A DNA stretch of 64,000 nucleotides from Candidatus Cloacimonadales bacterium (GCA_963662585.1 OY759729.1:2144001-2208000); one strand, 5' to 3'; positions 37,830 to 49,407 are shown, counted from the first letter of the stretch. Numbers and translations: made by a program. The notes: generated by a model from the sequence alone, not told the origin.

Positions 37830-39671
37830 TTAAAATTTATTAAAGAATTTATTTTCATTTTTGTCTCTTTTTTTAGTCTGTTTTAAATTCTCTCTATGAT
37901 GTCTTTCATCTTGTTCTAACCACTGGTTACCTTGGTCGATATTTTCTCTTTGATGTTGTTCATTCTGCTTCCTATCATACTCAGATTGCTCTATATATGT
38001 TGATTCCATAGAGTGTAAGTTATCATTCACCTTTTGCATTTCATTTAGTGCTGCTAACTCTCTAGCTTCTCGTTCCATATCTGCAAGATTTTTTGCTTTT
38101 GATAAGGTTGTTAACTCCTCATTTAGACGATCCATCTGTTCATTTTTATATGTTGTTAATCTTGTAGCAACTTCATTTTGTAGTTTTTGTATTTCTGTAA
38201 CATCATGTTTAGCTTTGATACAGATATCACTTATTACATTTGATTGTAGATTTTTATAATTGGTAGCTATCTCATTTATATAATCTACAGATTCACTATC
38301 TCCTAAATATTCAATATTATACTCATCAAGCTTATCTTTCTTTTCTAGTACTCTTTCAAATCCGGCATGGAAAAGTTCTCGTTTTTCTCTTTTAACCTCA
38401 TCAATCTTGTTATATTCTTTATTTTTCAATTCAGTTTCTGCTTTAAGCCTTTCACCATAATTTTCTCTTATCAAGTTATTATATAAGGGTTTTATTACTT
38501 CTTCATAACTCTTTGATTTCCTAATAGGTTTATCCGTTTCTTCTCCACATACTGGACATACCCACTTCTTAATAGTAATATCATAATAGCATCTTGTTGT
38601 CTCACTTATCTCTGTATTTCTTTGCTCTTCGTGGATAGAATAAGTTTTATTTTGTATCTCATCAGCTATTGATGCGTTGCATATAGGACAGTAGTTAACA
38701 TAGTCACTAAAAAGTGATGTTTGGAAGAACTCATATAAAGTTGGACAAATCTCTTCTCTTGTTGACTTATTTCTATAAAAATCCATCAAGGAGAGCTTTT
38801 CATTCCAGGAAGATGCCCATTCACTCAATGTTGATTCAATATCGTGCCCATAGCACGAATCTACTTCACTTATTAAAGGGTCACTAAAGTTACTATCCTT
38901 ATTCACTTTTGATAAAACATTATAAATTTCTAAATTATTACATATAGTAGATTCTAGTTTCTTATGTATTACCTCATCACAAGCAATACCTATTTGATCA
39001 ATAATATTATGAATTTCATTTTCATAACCTTTGATAACAACTTCATCATCATTAGTACTAATATATTCTGACGCCTCTCCAGATAGAATAAAAGGTACTA
39101 GATTTTTTTGATTCATTTCATCAATATTTTTTAACACCCCTTCACTATCTTGTATCATTGGATAATCTAATTGTTGTATAGGACATTCTGATTCATTTAT
39201 AAAAAGGCCAACTGAGTCTGCAAATTTTCTAACACTAAAATTAAGAGTTGAAACTCCAATATCAACAATTTCTGAATTTTGTAATCCCTCATCATCAATA
39301 TAGTTCATTTCTCCTTTCTTTATATTGTACTGTGTAACTAGTTTATCTTTCTGTATAGGTTTCTTTTCGGTAAATTTCTTCTTTACTGTCAAAAATAGAA
39401 TTAGTAGTATGATCGATGTTGCTAAAGAAATATAGAAAATTGTTTTATCCACATTTTTAACATAAACTATAGAAGCTATTATAGATAAAGCTATTGGAGG
39501 GAAAAATAGTGGATTGTATTTTTTATGTTCGATTTCAATAAATGAGTCAACTTTAGTTTTAACTGTATTAGACTCTATAATTATATTCTGACTAAACTCC
39601 AATTTTTTGCCAAGATCATGATTTATCTTCTCAATAAACTGTAGTAAATTATCAACATTAATATTGTTCAT
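37830..39671 (-). CDS. Hypothetical membrane protein with Zn-finger and long coiled coil
   Basis: Two N-terminal TM segments, CPIC...CPVC, charged helical C-terminus; RBS GAGGAGG. Confidence 0.78.
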   Translation of the reverse strand: MNNINVDNLLQFIEKINHDLGKKLEFSQNIIIESNTVKTKVDSFIEIEHKKYNPLFFPPIALSIIASIVYVKNVDKTIFYISLATSIILLILFLTVKKKFTEKKPIQKDKLVTQYNIKKGEMNYIDDEGLQNSEIVDIGVSTLNFSVRKFADSVGLFINESECPIQQLDYPMIQDSEGVLKNIDEMNQKNLVPFILSGEASEYISTNDDEVVIKGYENEIHNIIDQIGIACDEVIHKKLESTICNNLEIYNVLSKVNKDSNFSDPLISEVDSCYGHDIESTLSEWASSWNEKLSLMDFYRNKSTREEICPTLYEFFQTSLFSDYVNYCPICNASIADEIQNKTYSIHEEQRNTEISETTRCYYDITIKKWVCPVCGEETDKPIRKSKSYEEVIKPLYNNLIRENYGERLKAETELKNKEYNKIDEVKREKRELFHAGFERVLEKKDKLDEYNIEYLGDSESVDYINEIATNYKNLQSNVISDICIKAKHDVTEIQKLQNEVATRLTTYKNEQMDRLNEELTTLSKAKNLADMEREARELAALNEMQKVNDNLHSMESTYIEQSEYDRKQNEQHQRENIDQGNQWLEQDERHHRENLKQTKKRDKNENKFFNKF

Positions 39672-40445
39672 TACTCCTCCTCAAGTGTAAATATGACTAT
39701 ATTCAATGTTTGTTATGATAATATTTTTTTTGATGTTATGAGTAAATATTTGATTTTGATATTAAACATTTATTGCTTCGTTAATTCTGCGTTGTTAACT
39801 CAAATGTCATTTCTGCAATTATTGTAGCTATCTATCTAAGATTCAATATATTCTTAGTATATCTAAACTTCAAAATAGGGATTAAACAATTTGGTTAACT
39901 TAATGATTTTTAACAGATAGTGATTAAATTTACTATTATACAAAATCGAATACCATCTAATCAACTACAATAGTACTTTCATATAATCTCCTAGTTAATT
40001 ATTTAGTACAAATTAGAGGTTAATAAAAAAAGTGTCAATTAAAATTTCTCTTTTTTGTCTCTTTTGTCTATGTGAGACTCAGATAATTCTTATTATGTCT
40101 CTTTCTCTTTGACTAGCACCTATTTACTCTATGTTAAGGGCCTTTTCTTTATTTGTGTAATTAATATAGGTTGGAATAGTTATTTGTTGAGAATCTTGCG
40201 TAGATTTTTTTTTTCATCCTTGATCATCAGTCTTAATTCGTGGAAATTCGTTTTAATTTGTCTTAATCCGTGTGAAGGGTCTTTCAGTTTAATGCATTAT
40301 TGTGACTGCAAATTTTCTTAAGTTTCTCTTAAGATATCTTGCTATAAGAGACTAATATCAGGGTATTAAAAAAAGGGGTTGACACTAAATCTAATGATTA
40401 AAATATATGGCTTAAAGAATAAAAAATAAAATATAGGAGGAGATA

Positions 40446-41687
40446 ATGTCTGAAAATTTAAAATATGGATCTATTAGTTCCACTGAGGCGATGGAGTTAG
40501 AAAATAAATATGGTGCACACAACTACCATCCACTACCAATTGTGATTGCAAAAGGCCAAGGAGCTAAGGTATGGGATCCGGAAGGAAATGAATACTTCGA
40601 TTTCCTTTCAGCTTATTCAGCTGTTAATCAAGGACACTGTCATCCAAAAATTATCAATGCTCTTATTGAGCAAGCGAAAACATTAACTTTGACTTCAAGA
40701 GCCTTTTATTCAAATAACTTAGGTGATTATGAAAAATTCATCACAGAGTTCTTTGGATTTGATATGGTTCTTCCAATGAATAGTGGTGCTGAAGCTGTAG
40801 AAACTGCTATCAAAGTAGCTCGTAAATGGGGTTATGATAAGAAAGGTATTGAAAATGGAAAAGCTGTTATTGTCTTTGCTGAAGGAAACTTCCATGGTAG
40901 AACAGTAACGATTATTTCTGCTTCTGTTGATCCTGAATGTAGAGACGGATTTGGTCCTTTCACTCCTGGAATTCATAAAATTCCTTACAACAATGCTCAA
41001 GCTTTAGAAGAATATCTCTCAGCTGAAGGCAAGCATGTAGCAGCTTTTATCGTTGAACCTATTCAAGGTGAAGCTGGTGTATTCGTTCCAGATGATGGCT
41101 ATTTAAAGAGCTGTTATGATATCTGTAAAAAACACAATGTTCTTTTTGTAGCTGATGAAGTTCAAACTGGTGTTGCTAGAACTGGTCGTCTATTAGCTTG
41201 TGATTACGAAAATGTTCGTCCTGACATTCTTATCCTTGGAAAAGCTATTTCTGGTGGTGTATATCCTGTTTCAGCTGTTCTTGCTGATAAAGAAATCATG
41301 ATGGTTATCAAACCAGGACAACATGGTTCTACTTACGGTGGAAATCCTGTTGCTTGTGCTGTTGCTAAAGCAGCTTTAGAAGTTGTAAGAGATGAAGATC
41401 TTACTCAAAGAGCTTTCGACTTAGGTAAAATCTTCCGTGAAGAACTTGAAAAATTCAATCACCCAATGATTAAATTAGTTAGAGGAAGAGGTTTACTTAA
41501 CGCTATCGTTGTTGAACCTAAAGACGGAAAAGAAGCATGGGATGTATGTGTATTGCTTAAAGAAGCTGGTTTATTGTGTAAGCCAACTCACAGACATATC
41601 ATCAGATTTGCTCCACCGCTTGTTATTTCAGAAAAAGAACTTAGAGAAGCTTTAGAAATTATCAAAGGTGTTTTTAACGCTTTATAA
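40446..41687 (+). CDS. rocD: Ornithine--oxo-acid aminotransferase
   Basis: [63 protein letters not shown]. Confidence 0.96.
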   Translation: MSENLKYGSISSTEAMELENKYGAHNYHPLPIVIAKGQGAKVWDPEGNEYFDFLSAYSAVNQGHCHPKIINALIEQAKTLTLTSRAFYSNNLGDYEKFITEFFGFDMVLPMNSGAEAVETAIKVARKWGYDKKGIENGKAVIVFAEGNFHGRTVTIISASVDPECRDGFGPFTPGIHKIPYNNAQALEEYLSAEGKHVAAFIVEPIQGEAGVFVPDDGYLKSCYDICKKHNVLFVADEVQTGVARTGRLLACDYENVRPDILILGKAISGGVYPVSAVLADKEIMMVIKPGQHGSTYGGNPVACAVAKAALEVVRDEDLTQRAFDLGKIFREELEKFNHPMIKLVRGRGLLNAIVVEPKDGKEAWDVCVLLKEAGLLCKPTHRHIIRFAPPLVISEKELREALEIIKGVFNAL

Positions 41688-41710
41688 TAAGAAATAAAAC
41701 TTGATATAAT

Positions 41711-41742
41711 AAAAAGGTCCTTGAATACTCAAGGACCTTTTT
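41711..41742. terminator. Bidirectional terminator
   Basis: AAAAAGGTCCTTGA-ATAC-TCAAGGACCTTTTT between convergent genes. Confidence 0.85.
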
Positions 41743-41792
41743 AAATTTAGAATCTAGATATAATAACCTTTAGAGGAATGCATCATCTGGTT

Positions 41793-44447
41793 TTAATCAT
41801 TAGATTCAGAATCATCTTCCTCTTCATCACTATTTTGTTTAAGGGACTGAATGATATTTAAAATAAACTCTTGTTGTTTCTGGGAGAGATTTCTAAAATC
41901 GTGAAGATTCTGAGCGATTGAGTAACGATCACTTACAAGTGCAGTTACTTCCTCTGTTGAAAGAGATTCATCTGCCCAGGCTTTTGTAAATACAAATAGG
42001 CTATTTTTCTTAGTAATATAGCTATTCCATGCTGATAAGAAATTTTGACAAGTTTCGTCTTGGTAAATTTTATCCCACTGGTTAAAATCGATTCGATTGC
42101 TAAGGGTAAACTGGTGAAACATAATATTACTATATTCTTCTAATAGTTGTTTACTTTCATTAGCTGTGAGTTCTGGCCACTCAATTTCTGGGTACCAGTT
42201 TTCTTTTTCTTCATCGGTTGCATTCGTTCTTTGTATAAAATTATTTAATCTAATTATTGATATATTTGTTTTTTCCCTTGCTTCAGAGATATCTAATTGC
42301 TCCCCATATATTTTTTCAATATTATCTGACATTAATTCAAAGTTAAAATTCTTATTTATATTCATAATTATTTGTTTTCCTAGCGATTCTAATCCTATAT
42401 TTTCGATATGTTCATTGATGCTATGTTCATAAGCTGGTATTTTTTGAACATCATTAGGAGCTAGCTCTGCAATAAGAAATTTCATAAAAAGGATTTCTCT
42501 TATTAATACTTCTGTTTCGTTTCCTATTCCTTCAGCGGGTTTACCATTTGTCCCACCATAATGCAAAAATTCATGATAAATGACTGGTAATACTAGAATA
42601 GGATGCTCAAACAGACGATAATAAAGACCCATAGCATTAGGTTTTGATCTATCATTTAAAAGCAAATATCTCTTATGTACCTCACCAGCTTCTCCTGGTT
42701 GCATACCCCTTTCCCAAATGGGAGGTGAGTAGTTAGTCCAAAGATGAATGTCACACTGTTCTTTTACATATTCCCCAAGCAACAATCTATGCTCTTCTAA
42801 TAGCATTAATCTAAGGGGATATTTATGAAGAAAATCGAAAATACCCGGGATATACTTAATTAAGAGTGTACCAATCCAACGAATATGATTGTATATTTTT
42901 GCTGATACTTGTTCTAGATCATCAGTAATTTTTAGCAGATCTAAAATCCAAGATATTCCATCTTTGATACTCAGTTCAAATTCTAAGAGATTGTTTGTCG
43001 GAATGAAATAAATAAGTCGTTCTTTGAAATCATTTTCAAGGGAATTTTCACTGTACATAGCTTTTAGCATATTTTCATTAATTCTTTCTTTAGATGAATT
43101 TTCTAAGTATGGTGATTTATATATATTGTGCAATCCCCAAGCAGCTCCTTGTCGTAAGATGAAGCTATTTTTGATGTTTCTTAGAGCCTGTAACAAGAGT
43201 GCTCCTGGAGAAAGTTCATGATTAATTTGGTTCTGCATTTTATCTATTTGCATATCAAAAAAGCGAATTTCATTACGCTTAGCAATAATTAGAGTTTCTA
43301 ATTCATATCTGTCTCCTTTACCAGAATCATATTCCTCAGTCAGATTTTTATAATCGGTAACTAGTTTATTTCTTTCATTTATATTAGATTGTAATTTATT
43401 TTCTAATGAATCAATATGCTCTTTTCCTGTATCAAGAGATTTATAGCCAGGGTCAAGTGATGAACAAACTCCCAAGGCAATTGATAATGCATTTATTGCA
43501 GAAGCATGTACAACTGGCAATTTATTTTTTTTCCTTTCCTCGTGATACTCATCTTCAATAATATCTTTAAGACCTATCCAACTTTCTTTTAGATTTTTAA
43601 CCCATTTATAAGAAGGATTTAGGCGAAGAATATTCGCAGAGCGAACTAAACCAAAAGAGAGTTTAGTATACCCCATTTTTTTTAATGGAGCATGAGGAAT
43701 AGTTGAATGAGAATCTTTTAAATCTACCATTACAAAATCACTTATTGGATGAGGAGTTAAATTTAAAAGGTTTTCCGATATTTGAATTAACATCTCATCT
43801 TCAATAATTCCAGGATATCCAATTGAGAATATATGTAATAATGAAAGTGAATCTTCCTTCTGATTATTATTCCAAAGTAATTTACTAAAAGAATAAGCAT
43901 TCTCAATTCCTAAGTCTTTAAAAATTGCTTCTTTTTTCAGTGAAAGTGTTGATTCTAACTCTAAATATGCAATCACTTTTTTCATGATATTTTCAATTGG
44001 TAATTTCTGTTCAATATAGATTGTTAACCAATCATAAAAAAGAGGACTTTTGATATCAGGGATGATTAATTTTACATTATTTCTTTTAAAGCGATTAATT
44101 AAACTACAGAAAATCTCTTTTTCATTTTTTTCTTGAGCGAAACAAAAAAGAATATCAACATATTTCTGTTTAAGTATATTCCAACCTGGGAATTCATGAT
44201 TAACTAATTCAGCTATAATAGGTGAAGACTTGACAGATTCGGCTATTATTAAACCTAAAGAAATTAACAGACTATGCCATGGAGCATCGTTAATATGTTC
44301 TTTAGCTGTATCATAAAAATACTCATCCTCTGCTGGATGTTCCCTAAGGAAATCAGCAATAATTTCAGGTTGTATTTCATTAATAGCTTCGTGTAAAACC
44401 ATATATCGTCTACCAATCATGCTTAATGTATGAAAAATATTATCCAT
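41793..44447 (-). CDS. Hypothetical 884-aa helical protein with coiled coil and HExxH zincin-like motif
   Basis: VIYHEFLHYGG...GIGNETEV; central coiled coil; no signal peptide; RBS AGAGG. Confidence 0.7.
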   Translation of the reverse strand: MDNIFHTLSMIGRRYMVLHEAINEIQPEIIADFLREHPAEDEYFYDTAKEHINDAPWHSLLISLGLIIAESVKSSPIIAELVNHEFPGWNILKQKYVDILFCFAQEKNEKEIFCSLINRFKRNNVKLIIPDIKSPLFYDWLTIYIEQKLPIENIMKKVIAYLELESTLSLKKEAIFKDLGIENAYSFSKLLWNNNQKEDSLSLLHIFSIGYPGIIEDEMLIQISENLLNLTPHPISDFVMVDLKDSHSTIPHAPLKKMGYTKLSFGLVRSANILRLNPSYKWVKNLKESWIGLKDIIEDEYHEERKKNKLPVVHASAINALSIALGVCSSLDPGYKSLDTGKEHIDSLENKLQSNINERNKLVTDYKNLTEEYDSGKGDRYELETLIIAKRNEIRFFDMQIDKMQNQINHELSPGALLLQALRNIKNSFILRQGAAWGLHNIYKSPYLENSSKERINENMLKAMYSENSLENDFKERLIYFIPTNNLLEFELSIKDGISWILDLLKITDDLEQVSAKIYNHIRWIGTLLIKYIPGIFDFLHKYPLRLMLLEEHRLLLGEYVKEQCDIHLWTNYSPPIWERGMQPGEAGEVHKRYLLLNDRSKPNAMGLYYRLFEHPILVLPVIYHEFLHYGGTNGKPAEGIGNETEVLIREILFMKFLIAELAPNDVQKIPAYEHSINEHIENIGLESLGKQIIMNINKNFNFELMSDNIEKIYGEQLDISEAREKTNISIIRLNNFIQRTNATDEEKENWYPEIEWPELTANESKQLLEEYSNIMFHQFTLSNRIDFNQWDKIYQDETCQNFLSAWNSYITKKNSLFVFTKAWADESLSTEEVTALVSDRYSIAQNLHDFRNLSQKQQEFILNIIQSLKQNSDEEEDDSESND

Positions 44448-45361
44448 AATTTACCTCTCTTTAAGATTAGACATACAATATGAAGAGCAAGAAAAAAGTT
44501 TATTAATGCCTAATTCTTGATGTTAGTTGTTTAGGGTTTATTGATTGTTCTTATGAAGTCTTAATCTGTGCAATTCCTTTGTCAATGGTTTTGAAGTGAT
44601 ATTTTTAAAATTGTGTGTTCAAATATCTAAAGCAATAACTCTCCTACCAGTACGAGGTTGTTGATACTAGATATAGCTTCGCCCTATGACTTACAGTAAA
44701 CTACTTAAGCATTAGTATATATTTAGAGATTTGTTAATAACCTTGATAACTTCCTAAAGTTATTCATATCTAATAAATAATCTACAATAAGAAATTTGGA
44801 TAGTCAAGTAATTTAGAATATTTGTCTCATTAGCATTGTTAACTTATTGTTATTCAGGAATATAAGAAACACTAAAAGTTCCCTGATTTTACTGAATTTA
44901 TGATATAAAAGGTTATTCCTTAAGACAAAATATGTAATAAAACATTACTTTATGATTCTAAGATGCTTATATTAATACTGAAAATAAAACATTTAATTTA
45001 GTGAAATATTATAGTTAATGTACTAAAAATATTTACAAAAATCTATGGAATATCGATATCGTGGAATTAAATGCATATTTAAAAATTGAAAATTCTAAAA
45101 ATATAAACTAAAATTTTGTTAATGATATACTTAACTGTTAAAAATAAGTGTAGATGAAAAACAACAACTCTGAAATGATTAAATTTTTATAAGTTCTTTA
45201 AACATAGTTATTTAAACTGTAAAAAAGTCACAACTATGATGTTGACTTAGCATAAATTGATTAATTGCTTTGGCAATTTTGCATAGATGTTACTAAGCTA
45301 GAAGAATCAGAACTCATTATTAAAGTCTCTACAATTAATCTTGGTAGAAAAAAGAGCCAAG

Positions 45362-45392
45362 AAAAGCGACCTCCTAATGAAGAAGTCGCTTT
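45362..45392 (-). terminator. Terminator of the gcvT-like gene
   Basis: AAAGCGAC...GTCGCTTT stem just after the stop codon. Confidence 0.6.
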
Positions 45393-45411
45393 ATCAATTA
45401 CTAAGAGGGAA

Positions 45412-46800
45412 TTATAAATTCTCTATTTTCTTTAAAGGTCTTGGAGCAGTACCAGGAGTTACACCATCAGCTGAAATATAACCTATAACAGCTTTTCCTT
45501 TAGGGTTACCATCTTTATCGGTCTTAAAGAATTCAACTGGAATTCTTACAGCTTTTCCGTCTTTTTCTAAGATGTCATTTCCTTCAGCATCAACTTCAAA
45601 AGGATTAATGTCTAACCAGCATAAGCCGATTGCTGCCACACCATCTTGACCATTAACTGATCCTCTTTTAGAAGCAATAAACTCACGCTTTTCTTGGCTT
45701 ACATTTGGAGAGTTAATACTTGAAGTACAAAGACCAATCTTTTTGCCATCAAGATATACATCTCTATCTACTACAATACCTTCAGAGATAACTAAAACCA
45801 TCTTTCTGGTGCATCCTTCTTCAATAACTTTCATGATTGCATCTTTACCAACGAAATCTTTAGTTAAGTCAAAAGCAGCATTGAAAAGAGGTGCATTAAC
45901 TGGAGACCATTCAGGTTTGTATTCTTGGCCCATGAGTGGAAGTCCTACATTGCCTGCAGAAAGTCTATTTTCATCTCTTCCGCCTAAACCAACTAACAAT
46001 CCACCTAAATCTACAGCTTTTTCTATAATGCGCTTGTATTGTTCTACAGCAACTGTAGCAGGAACATATAATTCCCAACCCCATCTATTTGTGTAACCTG
46101 TTCTACTAATATAATAATGTTGGCCTTCATAATCAAATTCATTAAAAGTGAAGAAGCCCATGTTCTTTTCAGGATTATTTCTGTTTCTTAATACTTCTTT
46201 ACCATATAATTCACTGATAAGCTTGTAAGAGTAAGGTCCTTGAACATCTATCTTAGCTAAATCAGCAGAAATATCTTCAACCACCACATCTTCATCAGCC
46301 TTTTTATATTTAAGAATTCTATCTGCATCTGAGATTACTTGGACTTCATGACCATGATCCATACCTGTTCCTGTTAAATCATGACCAGCATTAATAACTA
46401 AAATGAATTCTTCTTCAGTAACTCTCATAATAATTAGGTCATCTTGAACCCCACCTTCTTCATTCAGGAGAAGAGTGTATTTACACTGTCCAATCTTCAT
46501 TGAGGCAACATTAGCTGGAAGTGTTCTGTCTAATAAAGTAACAGAATCTTTACCTGTGAATCTAATTTGTGCCATGTGATCAATATTATATACTGCAACT
46601 TTTTCTACAGCTTGAGCTTCTTCAATAACTGATGTTAAGTAATTAACAGCCATATCATACTGACCAAAATTACTTTTCTTCATTGATGTCATTTCTCTAT
46701 TTAATTTTTTAGCAAGAAAGGGCATGTACCATTGTTCTTCAACATCGCTAAGTATAGTTTTACGAGGTTGAGCAGGGAAATCAAAACCAATTTTACTCAT
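45412..46800 (-). CDS. gcvT: Aminomethyltransferase (glycine cleavage T-like)
   Basis: NFGQYDMAVNY, IDHMA, KYTLLLNEEGGVQDD, VQGP, SRTGYT..GWELY, GLGGRD. Confidence 0.82.
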   Translation of the reverse strand: MSKIGFDFPAQPRKTILSDVEEQWYMPFLAKKLNREMTSMKKSNFGQYDMAVNYLTSVIEEAQAVEKVAVYNIDHMAQIRFTGKDSVTLLDRTLPANVASMKIGQCKYTLLLNEEGGVQDDLIIMRVTEEEFILVINAGHDLTGTGMDHGHEVQVISDADRILKYKKADEDVVVEDISADLAKIDVQGPYSYKLISELYGKEVLRNRNNPEKNMGFFTFNEFDYEGQHYYISRTGYTNRWGWELYVPATVAVEQYKRIIEKAVDLGGLLVGLGGRDENRLSAGNVGLPLMGQEYKPEWSPVNAPLFNAAFDLTKDFVGKDAIMKVIEEGCTRKMVLVISEGIVVDRDVYLDGKKIGLCTSSINSPNVSQEKREFIASKRGSVNGQDGVAAIGLCWLDINPFEVDAEGNDILEKDGKAVRIPVEFFKTDKDGNPKGKAVIGYISADGVTPGTAPRPLKKIENL

Positions 46801-47096
46801 GTGTATATCCTCTAATATTATTTTTAGTTATTAGAATTTTTTATATATATTTTGTAAAGAAAAATTTGTTGCAGGAGTAAAATTAGTAGTTTCTTAAATC
46901 GAAATAAAAGTAATTATCGATTGGTAGGGGAAAACATCTTTAACATTTTAGGTATTTCTAATAAATAAAGCAAACAAGTAAAAAGCCCCACTTTAGTAGG
47001 GCTTTAATTTATTTACAGTTTAGTTCTTAATAATTTGGACTGTTTCTTTTTTAGTAATTATCTATTTCTACAAAGAAAGAGTTAATTCCAAAGAAA

Positions 47097-47302
47097 TACC
47101 CCGTCAGCATAGCTGCCACCCCTCTTTTAGCGTGCCTTCAGCACTAAAGCGGGGAGTTAAGAGCTTTTGTTCTTTAGCTTTTTCTCCCTTAAAACTCTGT
47201 GTTAAGGGTCTTTTCTTTATTGAATCACCTTCTGCGTTCCCCTTGTTGAAAGGAAATTTAAGAGAATGGCGGAGAGAATTTCCACCGTCCGACAGAAGAG
47301 GT
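47097..47302. repeat. Intergenic mosaic of dispersed palindromic repeats
   Basis: 47114-47155 identical to 14464-14505; 47194-47218 matches 40126-40150; 47281-47301 is a near reverse complement of 50828-50848. Confidence 0.8.
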
Positions 47303-47324
47303 TTTAATTCTGCTGCTAGAGTTA

Positions 47325-49367
47325 TTAAACCCCAAACTCTTCTAAAGGTTGGTTCAACTCTTCAGTTCCAGGAACAGCGAATCTACCGTCTCTGATAATA
47401 TCAATTTCTTTTCCGTCAGCAGTAATAGCTACGATGAAGTCTAAGTCTTCATAAGGTAGAGTAATATCAGTGTGGCAATTAGTATAAGCTTCTTGGATAT
47501 TAGTTTTTCTTTTAGCTGAGTGAGTGTTTTCACGAGCAGTAATCTCTTTTCCATCAATTGGATTAAAGACAGCGAAATCTTCTTCCCATGAGAAGCAGGT
47601 ATCACCGATAGCGAAGTGAGGTCCCATTTTTTCTACTATAAGAATTGGAAGTAAGTTTAGAATATCGAACTTCTTAGCCATTACATAAGCAGGAGTGTTA
47701 GTTCCGATAGCAAATTCACCAAGTGGAAGTGTCTTATGAGGGAAGAGTAAATCTTCTTGAATAAGCTTTTTATTCTCTTCCTCATTTTCCATATTAGCAC
47801 AGGTATATTCTTCCACATAACCATCTTTAAAGTGTAATTCTAACTCTTTAAAAGTGATATTATTAAGGAAAGACTCTTTAACATGAAGAATACCGTTAGT
47901 TCCTTCAAGCATAGGAGAGGTAAATACTTCACCTACTGGGATATTTACATCTGCACCACAGTTCACGAAGTTAGTTTGCTTAGTAGGATCTTCCAACTTT
48001 TGCATTTTAACTTTGATATCAGTCTTGTTGCCATTCTTACCTTTAACATGTACGAATACAGCTTGGTCCATGACATCAACTAATTTCTGTTGAACTTCTT
48101 CCCAGTGTAAAGTATCAATCATATTGATTTCAGATGTTGCTTCGAATATCTCTTCAAATTTTGGTCCAATTTCTGGAACAGGGAAGCCGATAATACAGAA
48201 ACTTGTTTCTGTGCGTGGCATATATTTCTGAGAAGTCTTGCTACGCTCAATATTGAGTTGTTGTGATAGTTGTTGCTGTTCTTCTGAAAGTTTTAAATTC
48301 TCTGCTTTGGCTTGAGGACTAAATGGCTTCTCGCCGAAAGCATCAAAAGCGACAACACCAGCATACTTGGTTAAGACATCTGAGCAATTTTCCGAAACAG
48401 TCACTTGATCAGCAATAAGTTGGTCAGTATATTCTTTATCAAGAACCATTGCTGAATCAAATCTGTGGTCATAACCGTATTGCTTATTTGCAGTAGTTGA
48501 TGTAGCTCTTGAGAAGAGAGGCTTGATATTGTATTTTTCTAATTCTCTCACTAATTCTCTAACAATCCTTTCTTGACCAAGATTATAGACAATTAGAGTA
48601 GTTTCTTTCTTACTCAAATCTTTTTTTGCTAGTTCAAAGCCACGAATATAAGCCTTAGTAAGCTCAGAAACTAACTTTTCTAACTTTTCTTCAGGATAAT
48701 TATTTAAGAATTTAGCAGTTTTTACTTCATTATAAGTGATGTATTTACCATATTGATATAGATAACGGATATCGCTTAAGTCAGCTTCCATAACGATTTT
48801 GCCAAAGCCATAATTATCTGGATCAAAAGTTGATCTAGTATTTAACTCTTTTTCTTCTAAAGATAAATTTGTAACATGGGCTTTATAAATAGCAAAGATA
48901 GAATCATAATCTTTCTTCTCTGCTTTCATTGAAGCTACGATGTCTAAGAATAGTTGATTCTTTTTAGCTAAGTCATTAATCTCAAAATTTACCACATGAG
49001 AAAAATAAGCTCTATATTCAATGTAAATTGCAGAGATTAGTTGTCCAATTTTATCACCATATTGAGCAACAGCATAAGCTGGATTTGCAAAAGAGGTATC
49101 GTAGTTTTCAGCTAAGATTTCACTATAAATTGACTGGTTAAAGCTTTCTAATTCTTTGATATCGTGATGTTTGAAATAGTTGTCATTATATTCTTCTTTG
49201 AATTGGTCAGCTAAAAGAATTTTTTCTGCTATTGATGCTAAGACAGGTTTGAAAGTGCCTTCACAAGCTTCAATCTCTTTTTGTAGTTCTTTAATTTCAT
49301 GAATTGTTTCATTATACTTAGGAATGGCTTTTTCATTAACACTCTTTTTTAAATTTAGAAAATTCAT
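47325..49367 (-). CDS. Aminopeptidase, M29 (thermophilic metalloprotease) family
   Basis: NIPVGEVFTSP, LGEFAIGTN, EKMGPHFAIGD, HTDITL; start reassigned to ATG 49367 behind AAGGAG. Confidence 0.88.
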   Translation of the reverse strand: MNFLNLKKSVNEKAIPKYNETIHEIKELQKEIEACEGTFKPVLASIAEKILLADQFKEEYNDNYFKHHDIKELESFNQSIYSEILAENYDTSFANPAYAVAQYGDKIGQLISAIYIEYRAYFSHVVNFEINDLAKKNQLFLDIVASMKAEKKDYDSIFAIYKAHVTNLSLEEKELNTRSTFDPDNYGFGKIVMEADLSDIRYLYQYGKYITYNEVKTAKFLNNYPEEKLEKLVSELTKAYIRGFELAKKDLSKKETTLIVYNLGQERIVRELVRELEKYNIKPLFSRATSTTANKQYGYDHRFDSAMVLDKEYTDQLIADQVTVSENCSDVLTKYAGVVAFDAFGEKPFSPQAKAENLKLSEEQQQLSQQLNIERSKTSQKYMPRTETSFCIIGFPVPEIGPKFEEIFEATSEINMIDTLHWEEVQQKLVDVMDQAVFVHVKGKNGNKTDIKVKMQKLEDPTKQTNFVNCGADVNIPVGEVFTSPMLEGTNGILHVKESFLNNITFKELELHFKDGYVEEYTCANMENEEENKKLIQEDLLFPHKTLPLGEFAIGTNTPAYVMAKKFDILNLLPILIVEKMGPHFAIGDTCFSWEEDFAVFNPIDGKEITARENTHSAKRKTNIQEAYTNCHTDITLPYEDLDFIVAITADGKEIDIIRDGRFAVPGTEELNQPLEEFGV

Positions 49368-49407
49368 TGCATCTCCTTTGTCGCATTGTTGATTTCTATT
49401 AGTTTGT

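Noticed and set aside
44448..45360. ncRNA or hidden gene in the long AT-rich spacer
   Set aside because: No ORF of convincing length, stable structure or repeat recognised by eye
46801..47010. Glycine riboswitch upstream of the gcvT-like gene
   Set aside because: No GGAGA...CCGAAG...CTCTCAGG-like aptamer motifs seen on the minus strand
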